NCBI GenBank assembly: GCA_964016885.1
Contig: OZ024745.1
Location: forward strand, 1,736,001-1,800,000
Direction: 5' to 3'
DNA from: Eledone cirrhosa
Lineage: Eukaryota
Length of the DNA stretch: 64,000 nucleotides
The translations under genes were made by a program, and so were the position numbers. The notes beneath the pieces are model-generated. The model did not search any database and was not told the DNA's origin. It was given only the letters and a program-made list of their open reading frames with translations. Of the stretch, positions 38,912-52,546 are shown one piece after another (the first letter of the stretch is position 1; each line of letters begins with the position of its first letter).

Positions 38912-39663
38912 CAAAAGTCCCTGGCCTGGCAGTGCTACCGAGGAGCTCTACCAGTTCGAGACAAGCTCTACAGACATGGGCGCCCGGGCAGGGACCCTGC
39001 AAAAAAGATCTGTCCGAGGTGCGTGCGAGACGAAGAAACCGTCGCGCACGCATTCATACACTGCCCGGGCGTCACTGACCTGTGGGGATATGTAGAACGA
39101 CTATTGTCGCGGGTGGGACCAATCCAGTTGACCACCGAGTCCATTGTCATGATCAAACCGCCACCCTCCTTCAAAAACGAAGGAGAGGCGGTTTTCCTTT
39201 GTGTGATAGCTATGGCGAAAGAGGTTGTATGGTGGACAAGGTTGAAAGGGCTGAGGTCAGACACCTTTCTCTCCGGCCAACAACTGATTCTTTTTTTCAA
39301 ATACCACTTTGGAAGAAGAATCAGGATGGAGAGAGAGGTGCTGTACCGCAGCAAGTTTTATGAAAGGTGGGTGAAAGTGGCGAGAATGGCCCGAGTGAAT
39401 GGGCCTTCTCTCTATATCAGCCTGTAGATTGAGGAAAAGGAGGAGGAGAGGAAAGGAGTACAAGCTCTTCGTACTCCTGGAGATGAGGGTTGCACATTTT
39501 TTCGGGGGTATGTGTTACCCATATAAACTGTCTCCCTCTATTGGGGAAAATCGACTAACTTTTAAATTCCATCTGTGATAACATTTTACACGTTTTTATT
39601 GTATGTAAACTTTCCCCTTTGTATTTGTCCCCTTCTTTTGTGCCCCTGTGGCTAATAAAGAAA
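38912..39663 (+). mobile_element. 5'-truncated Tx1-like LINE, sister subfamily
   Basis: Encodes SLAWQCYRGALPVR...ARVNGPSLYISL, homologous to the ORF2 C-terminus; different 3' UTR; preceded by (TCTA)n. Confidence 0.9.
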
Positions 39664-40099
39664 TATATCTATATATATATACATGAGAGGGAGAGAAAAA
39701 TAGAATATAAATATATATAAATATATCTCTCTCTGTCGCTCTCTCTCCCTCTTTATACATAGATATGGTGTGTGTGTGTATGTATGTGTGTGTGTGTGTA
39801 TGTATGTGTGTGTCTATGTGTGTGTGTGCGTGTGTGTGTTTGTACACGCATACACATATATACAGTCACATGTGCAACTGTGAACATGCACACACACGCA
39901 AAGTCTCACACATATATATATATATACAGAGAGAGAGAGGGAGAGAGAGGGGGAGAGAAAGAAAGGGGGAGAGAGAGAGGAGGAGAGAGAGAGGGGAGAG
40001 AGTAAGGCAGAGAGAGAGAGATAACGATAATTAGACGTTTCTTAATCAATACATATTAATTCTAATTTTTATTTACTCTTCATTTTCTTCCTAAACCCT

Positions 40100-41835
40100 C
40101 CACCATCACCAACACACCACCACCACCATCACCCTCACCACCACCATCATCACCCTCACCCCCACCACCACAGCACAACCATCATCACCCTCACCACCAC
40201 CACCACCACACCACCACCACCATCACCCTCACCACCACCACCACATCACCACCACCATCATCACCCTCACCACCACCACCACCATACCACCACCACCACC
40301 ATCACCCTCACCACCACCATCATCACCCTCACCACCACCATCATCACCCTCACCACCACCATCATCACCCTCACCACCACCATCATCACCCTCACCACCA
40401 CCACCACAGCACCACCACCATCATCACCCTCTCCACCACCACCACCATACCACCACCACCACCATCACCCTCACCACCACCATCATCACCCTCACCACCA
40501 CCACCACAGCACCACCACCATCATCACCCTCACCACCACCACCACCAAACCACCACCACCACCATCACCCTCACCACCACCATTATCCCCCCCACACCAC
40601 TACCACCACCACTACCACCACCACACCATCACACCACCATACCACCATACCACAACCACCACCACCACCACCACCACGACCACCACCACCACCACCACCA
40701 CCACCACTACCACCACCACTACCACCACCACACCATCACCCCACCCCACCACCACCACCACCACTACCGCCACCACCCCACCCCACCACTACCACCACCT
40801 CCACCACTACCACCACCTCACCATCACACCACCATCATCACCACCACACCATCACACCAACACCATCACCAATACCACCACCACACCATCACACCACCCA
40901 CCACCACCACCTCCACCACTACCACCACCTCACCATCACACCACCATCATCACCACCACACCATCACACCAACACCATCACCAATACCACCACCACACCA
41001 TCACACCACCCACGCCCACCACCACCACCACTACCACCACCAAACCATCACACCACGCCACCACCACCACCACCACTACCACCACCCAACCACCACCACC
41101 ACCACTAACACCACACCACCACAGCCACCACCACTACCACCACCATACCACCCCACTACCACCAACACTACCACCACCACACCACCACCACCACCACCAC
41201 TACCACCACCACTACCACCACCACACCACCAATACACCACCACTACCACCACACCACCAACACCACCAACACTACCACCACCACACCACCACACCACCAC
41301 CAACACTACCACCATCACACCACCACCACCACCACAGCCACCACCACCACCACCACCACCACCACCACACAACCACTACCACCACCACTACCACACCATC
41401 ACACCACTCCACTACCACCACCACTACCACCACCACTACCACCACACCACCACCACCACCACCACATCACCACACCACCACACCACCACCACCACCACCG
41501 CCACCACACCACCACACAACTATACCACCACCATCACCACCACCACCACACCACCACACCACCACACCACCACCACCATACAACCACCACCACCACCATA
41601 CCACCACGCCACCACCAACACTACCACCACCACACCACCACCACTACCACCACCACACCACCAACAGCACCGACACTACCACCACCACACCACCACCACA
41701 GCCCGCACGCCACCACCACCACCACCACATCCACCACCACCACCACCACCACCACCACTACCACCACACCACCACACCACCACCACCACCACTACCACCA
41801 CCATCACCACCACTACCACCACAACACCACCACCG
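40100..41835. repeat. (CAC)n-derived low-complexity tract
   Basis: Direct reading; includes 21-bp CACCACCATCATCACCCTCAC subunits. Confidence 0.93.
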
Positions 41836-41852
41836 ATGTTGGGTTGAATATT

Positions 41853-42870
41853 TCACTGATACAACAGCCAGGGGTCTAGGGTGGAGGGGTGATACTTCAC
41901 TGATACAACAGCCAGGGGTAGAGGGTGGAGGGGTGATACTTCACTGATACAACAGCCAGGGGTCGAGGGTTGAGGGGTGATACTTCACTGATACAACAGC
42001 CAGGGGTCGAGGGTGGAGGGGTGATACTTCACTGATACAACAGCCAGGGGTCGAGGATGGAGGGGTGATACTTCACTGATACAACAGCCAGGGGTCTAAG
42101 GTGGAGGGGTGATACTTCACTGATACAACAACCAGGGGTCGAGGGTGGAGGGGTGATACTTCACTGATACAACAACCAGGGGTCGAGGATGGAGGGGTGA
42201 TACTACACTCATACAACAGCCAGGGGTAGAGGGTGGAGGGGTGATACTTCACTGATACAACAGCCAGGAGTCGAGGGTTGAGGGGTGATACTTCACTGAT
42301 ACAACAGCCAGGGGTCGAGGCTGGAGGGGTGATACTTCACTGATACAACAGCCAGTTGTCGAGGATGGAGGGGTGATACTTCACTGATACAACAGGCAGT
42401 GGTCGAGGGTGGAGGGGTGATACTTCACTGATACAACAGGCAGTGGTCGAGGATGGAGGGGTGATACTTCACTGATACAACAGGCAGTGGTCGAGGGTGG
42501 AGGGGTGATACTTCACTGATACAACAACCAGGGGTCGAGGGTGGAGGGTGATACTTCACTGATACAACAGCCAAGGGTCGAGGATGGAGGGGTGATACTT
42601 CACTGATACAACAGCCAGGGGTAGAGGGTGGAGAGGTGATACTTCACTGATACAACAGCCAGGGGTCGAGGATGGAGGGGTGATACTTCACTGATACAAC
42701 AGCCAGGGGTCGAGGGTGTAGGGGTGATACTTCACTGATACAACAGCCAGGGGTCGAGGGGGTATACTTCCCTGATAGAACAGCCAGGTGTCGAGGGTGG
42801 AGGGGGATACTTCCCAGATAGAAAAGCCAGGTGTCGCGGGTAGAGGGCGGGATACTTCCCTGATAGAACA
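41853..42870 (+). repeat. 44-bp minisatellite (TCACTGATACAACAGCCAGGGGTCGAGGGTGGAGGGGTGATACT), about 23 copies
   Basis: Period 44 read directly; the 3' copies are diverged. Confidence 0.95.
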
Positions 42871-43019
42871 GCTGGCTGTGTATTATCCAGAAATAGGAAA
42901 GCTCTACCTGAAATCAAATTTAAACCAGAACAAAAGCCAGGTAAAGCCCCGGAGTGACTTTTGTAGGGAATTTGTTGTTTAATATTTTCAACAATGTCTG
43001 TCATGTTGGGAAATGATAG

Positions 43020-46000
43020 AAAATTATGTTTTTTTACGGCGATGAAAGGGTGAAATGAAATTATGTTATTTTATGGCGATGAAAGGGTGAAATGAAATGA
43101 TGTTATTTAACGGCGATGAAATGGTGAAATGAAATTATGTTATTTTACGGCGATGTAAGGGTGAAATGAAATGATGTTATTTAACGGCGATGAAAGGGTG
43201 AAATGATGTTATTTTACGGCAATAAAAGGGTGAAATGAAATTATGTTATTTTACGAGGATAAAAGGATGAAATAAAATTATGTTATTTTACGGCGATGAA
43301 AGGGTGAAATGAAATTATGTTATTTAACGGCGATGAAAGGGTGAAATGATGTTATTTTACGGCGATGAAAGGGTGAACTGAAATTATGTTATTTTACGGC
43401 GATAAAAGGATGAAATGTAATTATGTTATTTTACGGCGATGAAAGGGTGAAATGAAATTATATTATTTTACGGCGATGAAAGGGTGAAATGAAATTATGT
43501 TATTTTACGTCGATGAAAGGGTGAAATGAAATTATGTTATTTTACGGCGATGAAAGGGTGAAATGAAATTATGTTATTTTACGTCGATGAACGGGTGAAA
43601 TGAAATTGCGTTATTTTACGTCGATGAAAGTGTGAAATGAAATGATGTTATTTAACGGCGATGAAAGGGTGAAATGAAATTATGTTATTTAACGGCGATG
43701 AAAGGGTGTAATGAAATGATGTTATTTAACGGCGATGAAAGGGTGAAATGAAATTATGTTATTTTACGGCGATGAAAGGGCGAAATGAAATTATGTTATT
43801 TAACGGCGATGAAAGGGTGAAATGAAATTATGTTATTTTACGTCGATGAAAAGGTGAAATGAAATTATGTTATTTTACGACGATGAAAGGGTGAAATGAA
43901 ATTATGTTATTTTACGGCGATGAAAGGGTGAAATGAAATTATGTTATTTTACGTCGATGGAAGAGTGAAATAAAATTATGTTATTTTACGTCGATGAAAG
44001 GGTGAAATGAAATTATGTTACTTTACGGCGATGAAAGTGTGAAATGAAATGATGTTATTTTACGTCGATGAAAGGGTGAAATGAAATTACGTTATTTTAC
44101 GTCGATGAAAGTGTGAAATGAAATGATGTTATTTAACGGCGATGAAAGGGTGAAATGAAATTATGTTATTTTACGGCGATGAAAGGGTGAAATGATGTTA
44201 TTTTACGGCGATGAAATGGTGAAATGAAATTATGTTATTTTACGGCGATGAAAGGGTGAAATGAAATTATGTTATTTTACGGTGATGAAAGCGCGAAATG
44301 AAATTATGTTATTTTACGGCGATGAAAGGGTGAAATGAAATTACGTTATTTTACGTCGATGAAAGTGTGAAATGAAATGATGTTATTTAACGGCGATGAA
44401 AGGGTGAAATGAAATGTTATTTAACCGCGATGAAAGGGTGAAATGAAATGATGTTATTTAACGGCGATGAAAGGGTGATATGATGTTATTTTACGGCGAA
44501 TTAAGGGTGAAATGAAATTATGTTATTTTACGGCCATAAAAGGATGAAATGAAATTATGTTATTTTACGGCGATGAAAGGGTGAAATGAAATTATGTTAT
44601 TTTACGGCGATGAAAGGGTGAAATGAAATTATGTTATTTTACGTCGATGAAAGGGTGAAATGAAGTTATGTTATTTTACGTCGATGAAAGGGTGAAATGA
44701 AATTATGTTATTTTACGTCGATGAAAGGGTGAAATGAAATTACGTTATTTTACGTCGACGAAAGTGTGAAATGAAATGATGTTATTTAACGGCGATGAAA
44801 GCGTGAAATGAAATTATGTTATTTAACAGCGATGAAAGGGTGAAATGATGTTATTTTACGACGATGAAAGGGTGAAATGAAATTATGTTATCTTACGGCG
44901 ATAAAAAGATGAAATGAAATTATGTTATTTTACGGCGATGAAAGAGTGAAATGAAATTATGTTATTTTCCGGCGAATAAAGGGTGAAATGAAATTATGTT
45001 ATTTTACGTCGATAAAAGGGTGAAATGAAATTATGTTATTTTACGTCGATGAAAGGGTGAAATGAAATTATGTTATTTTACGGCGATGTAAGGGTGAAAT
45101 GAAATTATGTTATTTTACGTCGATGAAAGGGTGAAATGAAATGATGTTATTTAACCGCGATGAAAGGGTGAAATGAAATTATGTTATTTAACGGCGATGA
45201 AAGGGTGAAATGAAATGATGTTATTTAACGGCGATGAAAGGGTGAAATGAAATTATGTTATTTAACGGCGATGAAAGGATGAAATGAAATTATGTTATTT
45301 TACGGCGATGAAAGGGTGAAATGAAATTATGTTATTTTACGTCGATGAAAGTGTGAAATGAAATGATGTTATTTAACGGCGATGAAAGGGTGAAATGAAA
45401 TTATGTTATTTAACGGCGATGAAAGGGTGAAATGAAATGATGTTATTTAACGGCGATGAAAGGGTGAAATTAAATTATATTATTTTACGGCGATAAAAGG
45501 ATGAAATGAAATTATGTTATTTTACGGCGATGAAAGGGTGAAATGAAATTATGTTATTTTACGGTGTTGAAAGGGGCGAAATGAAATTATGTTATTTTAC
45601 GGCGATGAAAGGGTGAAATGAAATTATGTTATTTTACGGCGATGAAAGTGTGAAATGAAATTATGTTATTTTACGTCGATGAAAGGGTGAAATGAAATTA
45701 TGTTATTTTACGGCGATGAAAGGGTGAAATGAAATTACGTTATTTTACGTCGATGAAAGTGTGAAATGAAATGATGTTATTTAACGGCGATGAAAGGGTG
45801 AAATGAAATGTTATTTAACGGCGATGAAAGGGTGAAATGAAATGATGTTATTTAACGGCGATGAAAGGGTGATATGATGTTATTTTACGGCGATGAAAGG
45901 GTGAAATGAAATTATGTTATTTTACGGCCATAAAAGGATGAAATGAAATTATGTTATTTTACGGCGATGAAAGGGTGAAATGAAATTATGTTATTTTACG

Positions 46001-46710
46001 GCGATGAAAGGGTGAAATGAAATTATGTTATTTTACGTCGATGAAAGGGTGAAATGAAGTTATGTTATTTTACGTCGATGAAAAGGTGAAATGAAAATAC
46101 GTTATTTTACGTCGATGAAAGTGTGAAATGAAATGATGTTATTTAACGGCGATGAAAGGGTGAAATGAAATTATGTTATTTAACGGCGATGAAAGGGTGA
46201 AATTATGTTATTTTACGACGATGAAAGGGTGAAATGAAATTATGTTATTTTACGGCGATAAAAGGATGAAATGAAATTATGTTATTTTACGGCGATGAAA
46301 GGGTGAAATGAAATTATGTTATTTTACGGCGATGAAAGTGTGAAATGAAATTACGTTATTTTACGTCGATGAAAGTGTGAAATGAAATTACGTTATTTAA
46401 CGGCGATGAAAGGGTGAAATGAAATTATGTTATTTGACGGCGATGAAAGGGTGAAATGAAATGATGTTATTTAACGGCGATGAAAGGGTGAAATGATGTT
46501 ATTTTACGGCGATGAAAGGGTGAAATGAAATTATGTTATTTTACGTCGATGAAATGGTGAAATGAAATTATGTTATTTGACGGCGATGAAAGGGTGAAAT
46601 GAAATGATGTTATTTAACGGCGATGAAAGGGTGAAATGATGTTATTTTACGGCGATGAAAGGGTGAAATGAAATTATGTTATTTTACGTCGATGAAATGG
46701 TGAAATGAAC
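43020..46710 (+). repeat. 37-bp satellite (GAAATTATGTTATTTTACGGCGATGAAAGGGTGAAAT) with 32-bp variants, about 100 copies
   Basis: Direct reading. Confidence 0.96.
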
Positions 46711-46817
46711 TGCTCACATTCCGTGTAGAGCAGTTCTTCTCAAACTATCTGATGTGGCGGACCGGCATTTTTTTTTCAATGTGCCACGTACCGTTAATAT
46801 TTCGTAGTAATATAGAG

Positions 46818-47038
46818 GACGGTGGATTGGCAGTATCGGTAGAGAGTCGGACGCCATGCTTTGCAGCAAAGAGTTACGGTTCTTTATGATCTGAGTTCAA
46901 ATCCCGCCGAGGTTAACTTTGCCTTTCATCCTCACGGGGTCTACAAAATAAAGTACCAGTCACGCACTGGGTCGATTTAATCGACTTTCCCCTCCCCCAA
47001 AATCACTGGCCTTGTGCCTATATAAGAAACCAATATTT
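46818..47038 (+). mobile_element. Full-length tRNA-derived SINE
   Basis: TGGCAGTATCGG A-box, GAGTTCAAATCCC B-box, body and TGGCCTTGTGCC tail; multiple copies in this window. Confidence 0.85.
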
Positions 47039-47074
47039 CGTAGTAATATTAATTTATACCGGAAACGATCTAAA

Positions 47075-47235
47075 TAATTGGCACAAGGCCAGCAATTAAA
47101 CAGTGCATTACTGGTACTTTATTTTATCGACCCCGTAAGGATGAAAGGCAAAGTTAACCTCGACGGGATTTGAACTCAGATTGGAAAGGGCCGTAACTCT
47201 ATGCATCAAACCGATACTGCCAATCCACCACCCCT
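47075..47235 (-). mobile_element. SINE copy, inverted relative to 46818-47038
   Basis: GGCACAAGGCCAG...GGATGAAAGGCAAAGTTAACCTCGACGGGATTTGAACTCAGA...GATACTGCCAATCCAC. Confidence 0.85.
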
Positions 47236-47419
47236 TTATATTTATACCGGAACGATATATATAATTAATATAATTGTTTCTACCTTTGGCACAAGGCCAG
47301 CAATTATCCCAGTGTATTATAATGAATATAATAATAGTTGACCATCTTTTTATCTTCTATTTATTTTGTAAACAAATAATACAATATCAAAACATATAAA
47401 AAAGTAATTAAAAAAATTC

Positions 47420-47995
47420 CTGGTGGTGGGGTTAGTGGTGGCGGTGGTGGTGGTGGTGGTAGTGTTGGTAGTGGTGGTAGTGGTGGTGGTGGTGGTAGTG
47501 GTGGTGGTGGTGGTGGTAGTGGTGGTGGTGGTAGTGGTGGTGTTGGTGGTGGTGGTGGTGGTAGTGGCGGGTGTGGTGGTGGTGGTAGTGTTGGTGGTAG
47601 TGGTGGTGGTGAGGGGGAGAGGGTAGTGGTGGTGATGGTAGTGGTGGTGTTGGTGGTGGTGGTGGTGGTTGTGGTGGTGGTGGTGGTGGTGGTGGTAGTG
47701 TTGGTGGTAGTGTTGGTGGTGGTAGTGTTGGTGGTAGTGGTGGTGGTGTGAGTGTGTGGGGGGGGGTGGGTGGGGGGGGGGGGGGTAGTGGCGGTTGTGG
47801 TGGTTGTGGTAGTGGTGGTGGTGGTGGTGGTGGTTGTGGCGGTGGTGGTGGTGGTGATTGTGGTTGCTGTAGATCTGTGTGTATGCCTGTGAGTGTGTGA
47901 CTGTGTATGAATGTATGTGTATGCTTGTATGTGTGTGTGTGTGAGTGTGTGTGAGTGTGTGTGTGTATGTGTGTGTGAGTGAGTGTGTGTGTGCA
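47420..47995. repeat. (GGT)n and (TG)n low complexity
   Basis: Direct reading. Confidence 0.92.
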
Positions 47996-48149
47996 TCGGG
48001 GCGGACTGCACTACTCCTCTGCTTTGATGTGACACGTTTTTATGTAATGGCTGCCTAGCAACCAGCTATCTGTGTATGTATGTGTGTCAGTGTCGCTCCT
48101 CTCACAGTTATGTATATGTCTACTGTAGTTACATATACTTGGATAAACA

Positions 48150-51100
48150 TACATACACACAGAGACACACACACTGACACACAGAGATACACACACTGAC
48201 ACACACACCTTGACATACACATAGACACACACACTGACACACACACCTTGACATACACATAGACACACACACGGACACACACACTGACACACACACAGAC
48301 ACACTGACACACACACCTTGACACATACATAGACACACACACTGACACACTGACACACACACTGACACATACATAGACACAAGGCCACACACATAGACAC
48401 ACACACTGACACACTGACACACACACTGACACACACATAGACACACACACCTTGACATACACATAGACACACATACTGACACACACATAGACACACTGAG
48501 ACACACACTGACACACACACTGACACACACACTGACACACACATAGACACACACACCTTGACATACACATAGACACACATACTGACACACACATAGACAC
48601 ACTGAGACACACACTGACACACACACTGACACATGCACTGACACACATATAGACACACACACACTGACACACACACACTGACATACACATAGACACATAC
48701 ACACACTGACACACGCACGCTGACACACACACACTGACACACACTTAGACACACACACACTGACACACACCTACGATACACACTCACCTTTAGGTAGGTA
48801 AAGATGTACGGACTTTAATGTATGAGTGAGTGTGAGTGTGAGTGTGAGTGTGTGAGTGTGTGTGTGAGTGTGTGAGAATGTATGTGAGTGTGAGTGTGAG
48901 TGTGAGTGTGAGTGTGTGAGTGTGTGAGTGTGTGTGAGTGAGTGTATGTGTGTATGTGTGTGAGTGTGAGTGTGAGTGTGAGTGAGTGTGAGTGAGTGTA
49001 TGTGTGTGAGTGTGTGTGAGTGTGAGTGTGAGTGTGAGTGTGTGTGTGAGTGCGTGTGTGTGAGTGTGTGTGTGTGTGAGTGAGTGCGTGTGTGTGTGAA
49101 TGAGTGTGTGAGTGTTAGTGTGTGTATGTGAGTGTGCGTGCGTCAGTGTGTGAGTATGTGTGTGTGCGTGTTTGTGTCTGTTTGTGTGTCAGTGTCTCAG
49201 TGTATGTGAGTGTGTGTGTCAGTGTGTGTGTGTATGTGAGTGTGTGTGTGTCAGTGTGTGTGTGTCTATGTGTGTGTGTCAGTGTGTGTGTGCCAGTCTG
49301 TGGGTGTTAGTGTGTGTGCCTCTGTGCGTGTCAGTGTGTGTGTGTCAGTGTGTGTGTCAGTGTGTGTGTTAGTGTATGTGTCAGTGTGTGTGTGTCAGTG
49401 TGTGTCTGTCAGTGTGTGTCTGTCAGTGTGTGTCTGTCAGTGTGTGTGTCAGTGTGTGTGTCAGTGTGTGTGTCAGTGTGTGTGTGCCAGTGTGTGTGTG
49501 CCAGTGTGTGTCATTGTGTGTGTGTCAGTGTGTGTGTCAGTGTGTGTCAGTGTGTGTCAGTGTGTGTTAGTGTGTGTGTCAGTGTATGTCATTGTGTGTG
49601 TCAGTATGTGTGTCAGTGTGTGTGCCAGTGTGTGTGTGTGTCAGTGTGTGTGTCAGTGTGTGTGTGTGCCAGTGTGTGTATGTCAGTGTGTGTGTCAGTG
49701 TGTGTGTCAGTGTGTGTGTCAGTGTGTGTGTGCCAGTGTGTGTGTGTCATTGTGTGTGTGTCAGTGTGTGTGTCAGTGTGTGTCAGTGTGTCAGTGTGTG
49801 TGTCAGTGAGTGTGTCAGTGTGTGTCAGTGTGTGTGTCAGTGTGTATCAGTGTGTGTGTCAGTGTGTGTGTGCCAGTGTGTGTGTGTCATTGTGTGTGTG
49901 TCAGTGTGTGTGTCAGTGTGTGTCAGTGTGTGTCAGTGTGTCAGTGTGTGTGTCAGTGTGTGTGTCAGTGTGTGTGTCAGTGTGTGTGTCAGTGTGTGTC
50001 AGTGTGTCAGTGTGTGTGTCAGTGAGTGTGTCAGTGTGTGTCAGTGTGTGTGTCAGTGTGTCAGTGTGTGTGTCAGTGAGTGTGTCAGTGTGTGTCAGTG
50101 TGTGTCAGTGTGTGTCAGTGTGTGTCAGTGCGTGTCAGTGTGTGTGTCAGTGTGTGTCAGTGTGTGTGTCAGTGTGTGTCAGTGTGTGTGTGTGTCAGTG
50201 TGTGTCTGTGTGTCAGTGTGTGTGTGTGCCAGTGTGTATCTATGTGTGTGTGCCAGTGTGTGTGTGTCGGTGCGTGTACCAGTGTGTGTGTCAGTGTGTG
50301 TGCCAGTGTGTGTGTGCCAGTGTCTATGTGTGTGTGTCAGTGTGTGTGTGCCAGTGTGTGTGCCAGTGTGTGTTAGTGTGTGTGTGCCAGAGTGTGTGTC
50401 AGTGTTTGTGTGTCAGTGTGTGCGCCAGTGTGTGTGTGCCAGTGTGTGTGTCAGTGTTTGTGTGTCAGTGTGTGCGCCAGTGTGTGTGTGTCAGTGTGTG
50501 TGTCAGTGTTTGTGTGTCAGTGTGTGCGCCAGTGTGTGTGTGTCAGTGTGTGTGTCAGTGTTTGTGTGTCAGTGTGTGCGCCAGTGTATGTGTGCCAGTG
50601 TGTGTGTCAGTGTTTGTGTGTCAGTGTGTGCGCCAGTGTGTGTGTGCCAGTGTGTGTGTCAGTGTGTGTGTGTCAGTGTGTGCGCCAGTGTGTGTGTGTC
50701 AGTGTGTGTGTCAGTGTTTGTGTGTCAGTGTGTGTGTGCCAGTGTGTGTCAGTGTGTGTCAGTTTGTGTCAGTGTGTGTGTGTCAGTATGTGTGTCAGTG
50801 TGTGTGTGCCAGTGTGTGTGTCAGTGTGTGTGTCAGTGTGTGTGTGTCAGTGTGTGTGCCAGTGTGTGTGTCAGTGTGTGTGTGCCAGTGTGTGTGTCAG
50901 TGTGTGTGTCAGTGTGTGTGTGTCAGTGTGTGCGTTAGTGTGTGTGTGTCAGTGTGTGTGTGTGTCAGTGTGTGTGTCAGTGTGTGTGTCTGTGTGTGTG
51001 TGTCATTGTGTGTGTCAGTGTGTGTGTGTCAGTGTGTGTGTCAGTGTGTGTGTGTCAGTGTGTGCGTGTCAGTGTGTGCGTGTCAGTGTGTGGGTCACTG

Positions 51101-51652
51101 TGGGTGTGTCAGTGTGTGCCAGTGTGTGTGTGTCAGTGTATGTGTGTCAGTGTGTGCCAGTGTGTGTGTGTCAGTGTGTGTGTGTCAGTGTGTGTGTCAG
51201 TGTGTGTGTGTCAGTGTGTGTGTGTCTGTGTGTGTGCCAGTGTGTGTGTGTCATTGTGTGTGTGTCAGTATGTGTGTCAGTGTGTGTGTCAGTGTGTGTG
51301 TCAGTGTGTGTGTGTGTGTCAGTGTGTGTGTCAGTGTGTGTGTCTGTGTGTGTGCCAGCGTGTGTGTGTCATTGTGTGTGTGTCAGTATGTGTGTCAGTG
51401 TGCGTGTCAGTGTGTGTGCCAGTGTGTGTGTGTCTGTGTGTGTGTGTCAGTGTGTGGGTCACTGTGGGTGTGTCAGTGTGTGTGTCAGTGTGTGTCAGTG
51501 TGTGTGTGTCAGTGTATGTGTGTCAGTGTGTGCCAGTGTGTGTGTGTCAGTGTGTGTGTGTCAGTGTGTGTGTGTCTGTGTGTGTGTCAGTGTGTGTGTC
51601 AGTGTGTGTGCCAGTGTGTGTGTGTCTGTGTGTGTGCCAGTGTGTGTGTGTC
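48150..51652. repeat. Interrupted (CA)n/(TG)n arrays (CTGACACACA then TGTGTGTCAG units)
   Basis: Direct reading; source of the long C/V/S/Q spurious ORFs. Confidence 0.95.
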
Positions 51653-51659
51653 AGGAATT

Positions 51660-52060
51660 AAGAGAAAGAGAAAGAATGATGGCGAGAGAAAGGAAGAGAA
51701 TGGTGAGAGGTAGGGAGAGAGAGGGAGAGAGAGATGAGGACAGAATGGTGAGAGAGAGAGAGAGAGGGAGAGAATGGTGAGAGAGAATGGTGAGAGAGAG
51801 GGGGAGAGAATGGTGAGAGAAAGAATATTGAGAGAGAGAGAATGGCGAAAGATAGAGAAGGAGAGAGAGAGAATGGTGATAGAGAGAGGGAGAGAGAAAG
51901 AATATTGAGGGAGAGAAACTGGTGAGAGAGAGAGAGGGAGAGATAGAGAGGGAGATAATAGTAAGAGAGAGAGGGAGAGATAGAGAGGGAGAGGATGGTA
52001 GGAGAGAGAGGGAGAGATAGAGAGGGAGAGAATGGTAAGACAGAGAGGGATAGATAGACG
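51660..52060. repeat. (GA)-rich low complexity
   Basis: Direct reading. Confidence 0.9.
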
Positions 52061-52240
52061 AGGATTTGAGACACAAAGAAATGAAGATTTCAAAAGAAAG
52101 GGCGAAATGTAGAAATGGAGGAGGAGATGGCGATGATGTCTCCTTATAGTTGTTATACACTGCTAGGCTCCCCCTCTCTCTCTCTACCTATCTCTTTGTG
52201 TATACACACATACATACATATATATATGTACACACACACG

Positions 52241-52282
<42 letters not shown>

Positions 52283-52285
<3 letters not shown>

Positions 52286-52381
52286 GTTTCTACTTTAGGC
52301 ACAAGGCCAGCAATTATCCAGTGCATTACTGGTACTTTATTTATCGACCCCGTAAGGATGAAAGGCAAAGTCAACCTCGGC

Positions 52382-52386
<5 letters not shown>
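52283..52386 (-). mobile_element. SINE 3' part between (TA)n tracts
   Basis: Matches 47075-47170. Confidence 0.8.
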
Positions 52387-52423
<37 letters not shown>

Positions 52424-52504
52424 GAAAATTGAACAGGGACAGAACAGAGAGGCAGTACGATAAATGTTTATTAAATTCACGCTCAGGAGAGTGGGGGGTA
52501 GGTG

Positions 52505-52546
52505 GGGGACGACGTTTCGGGCATAAGCCCTTCTTCAGGTGAGAAG
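52505..52546 (-). ncRNA. Minimal PLE-type hammerhead motif
   Basis: CTGAAGA-A-GGGC-TTAT-GCCC-GAAACGTC: intact core and helix II, palindromic helix III region, weak helix I. Confidence 0.7.

Noticed and set aside
43020-43060. GATGAAAGGGTGAA resembling a piggyBac end (AAAGGG-TTAA)
   Set aside because: No TTAA and no matching opposite terminus seen.
48011-51780. ORFs up to 799 aa rich in C/V/S/Q
   Set aside because: Interrupted (TG)n repeat, open in several frames; not a keratin-associated or metallothionein-like gene.
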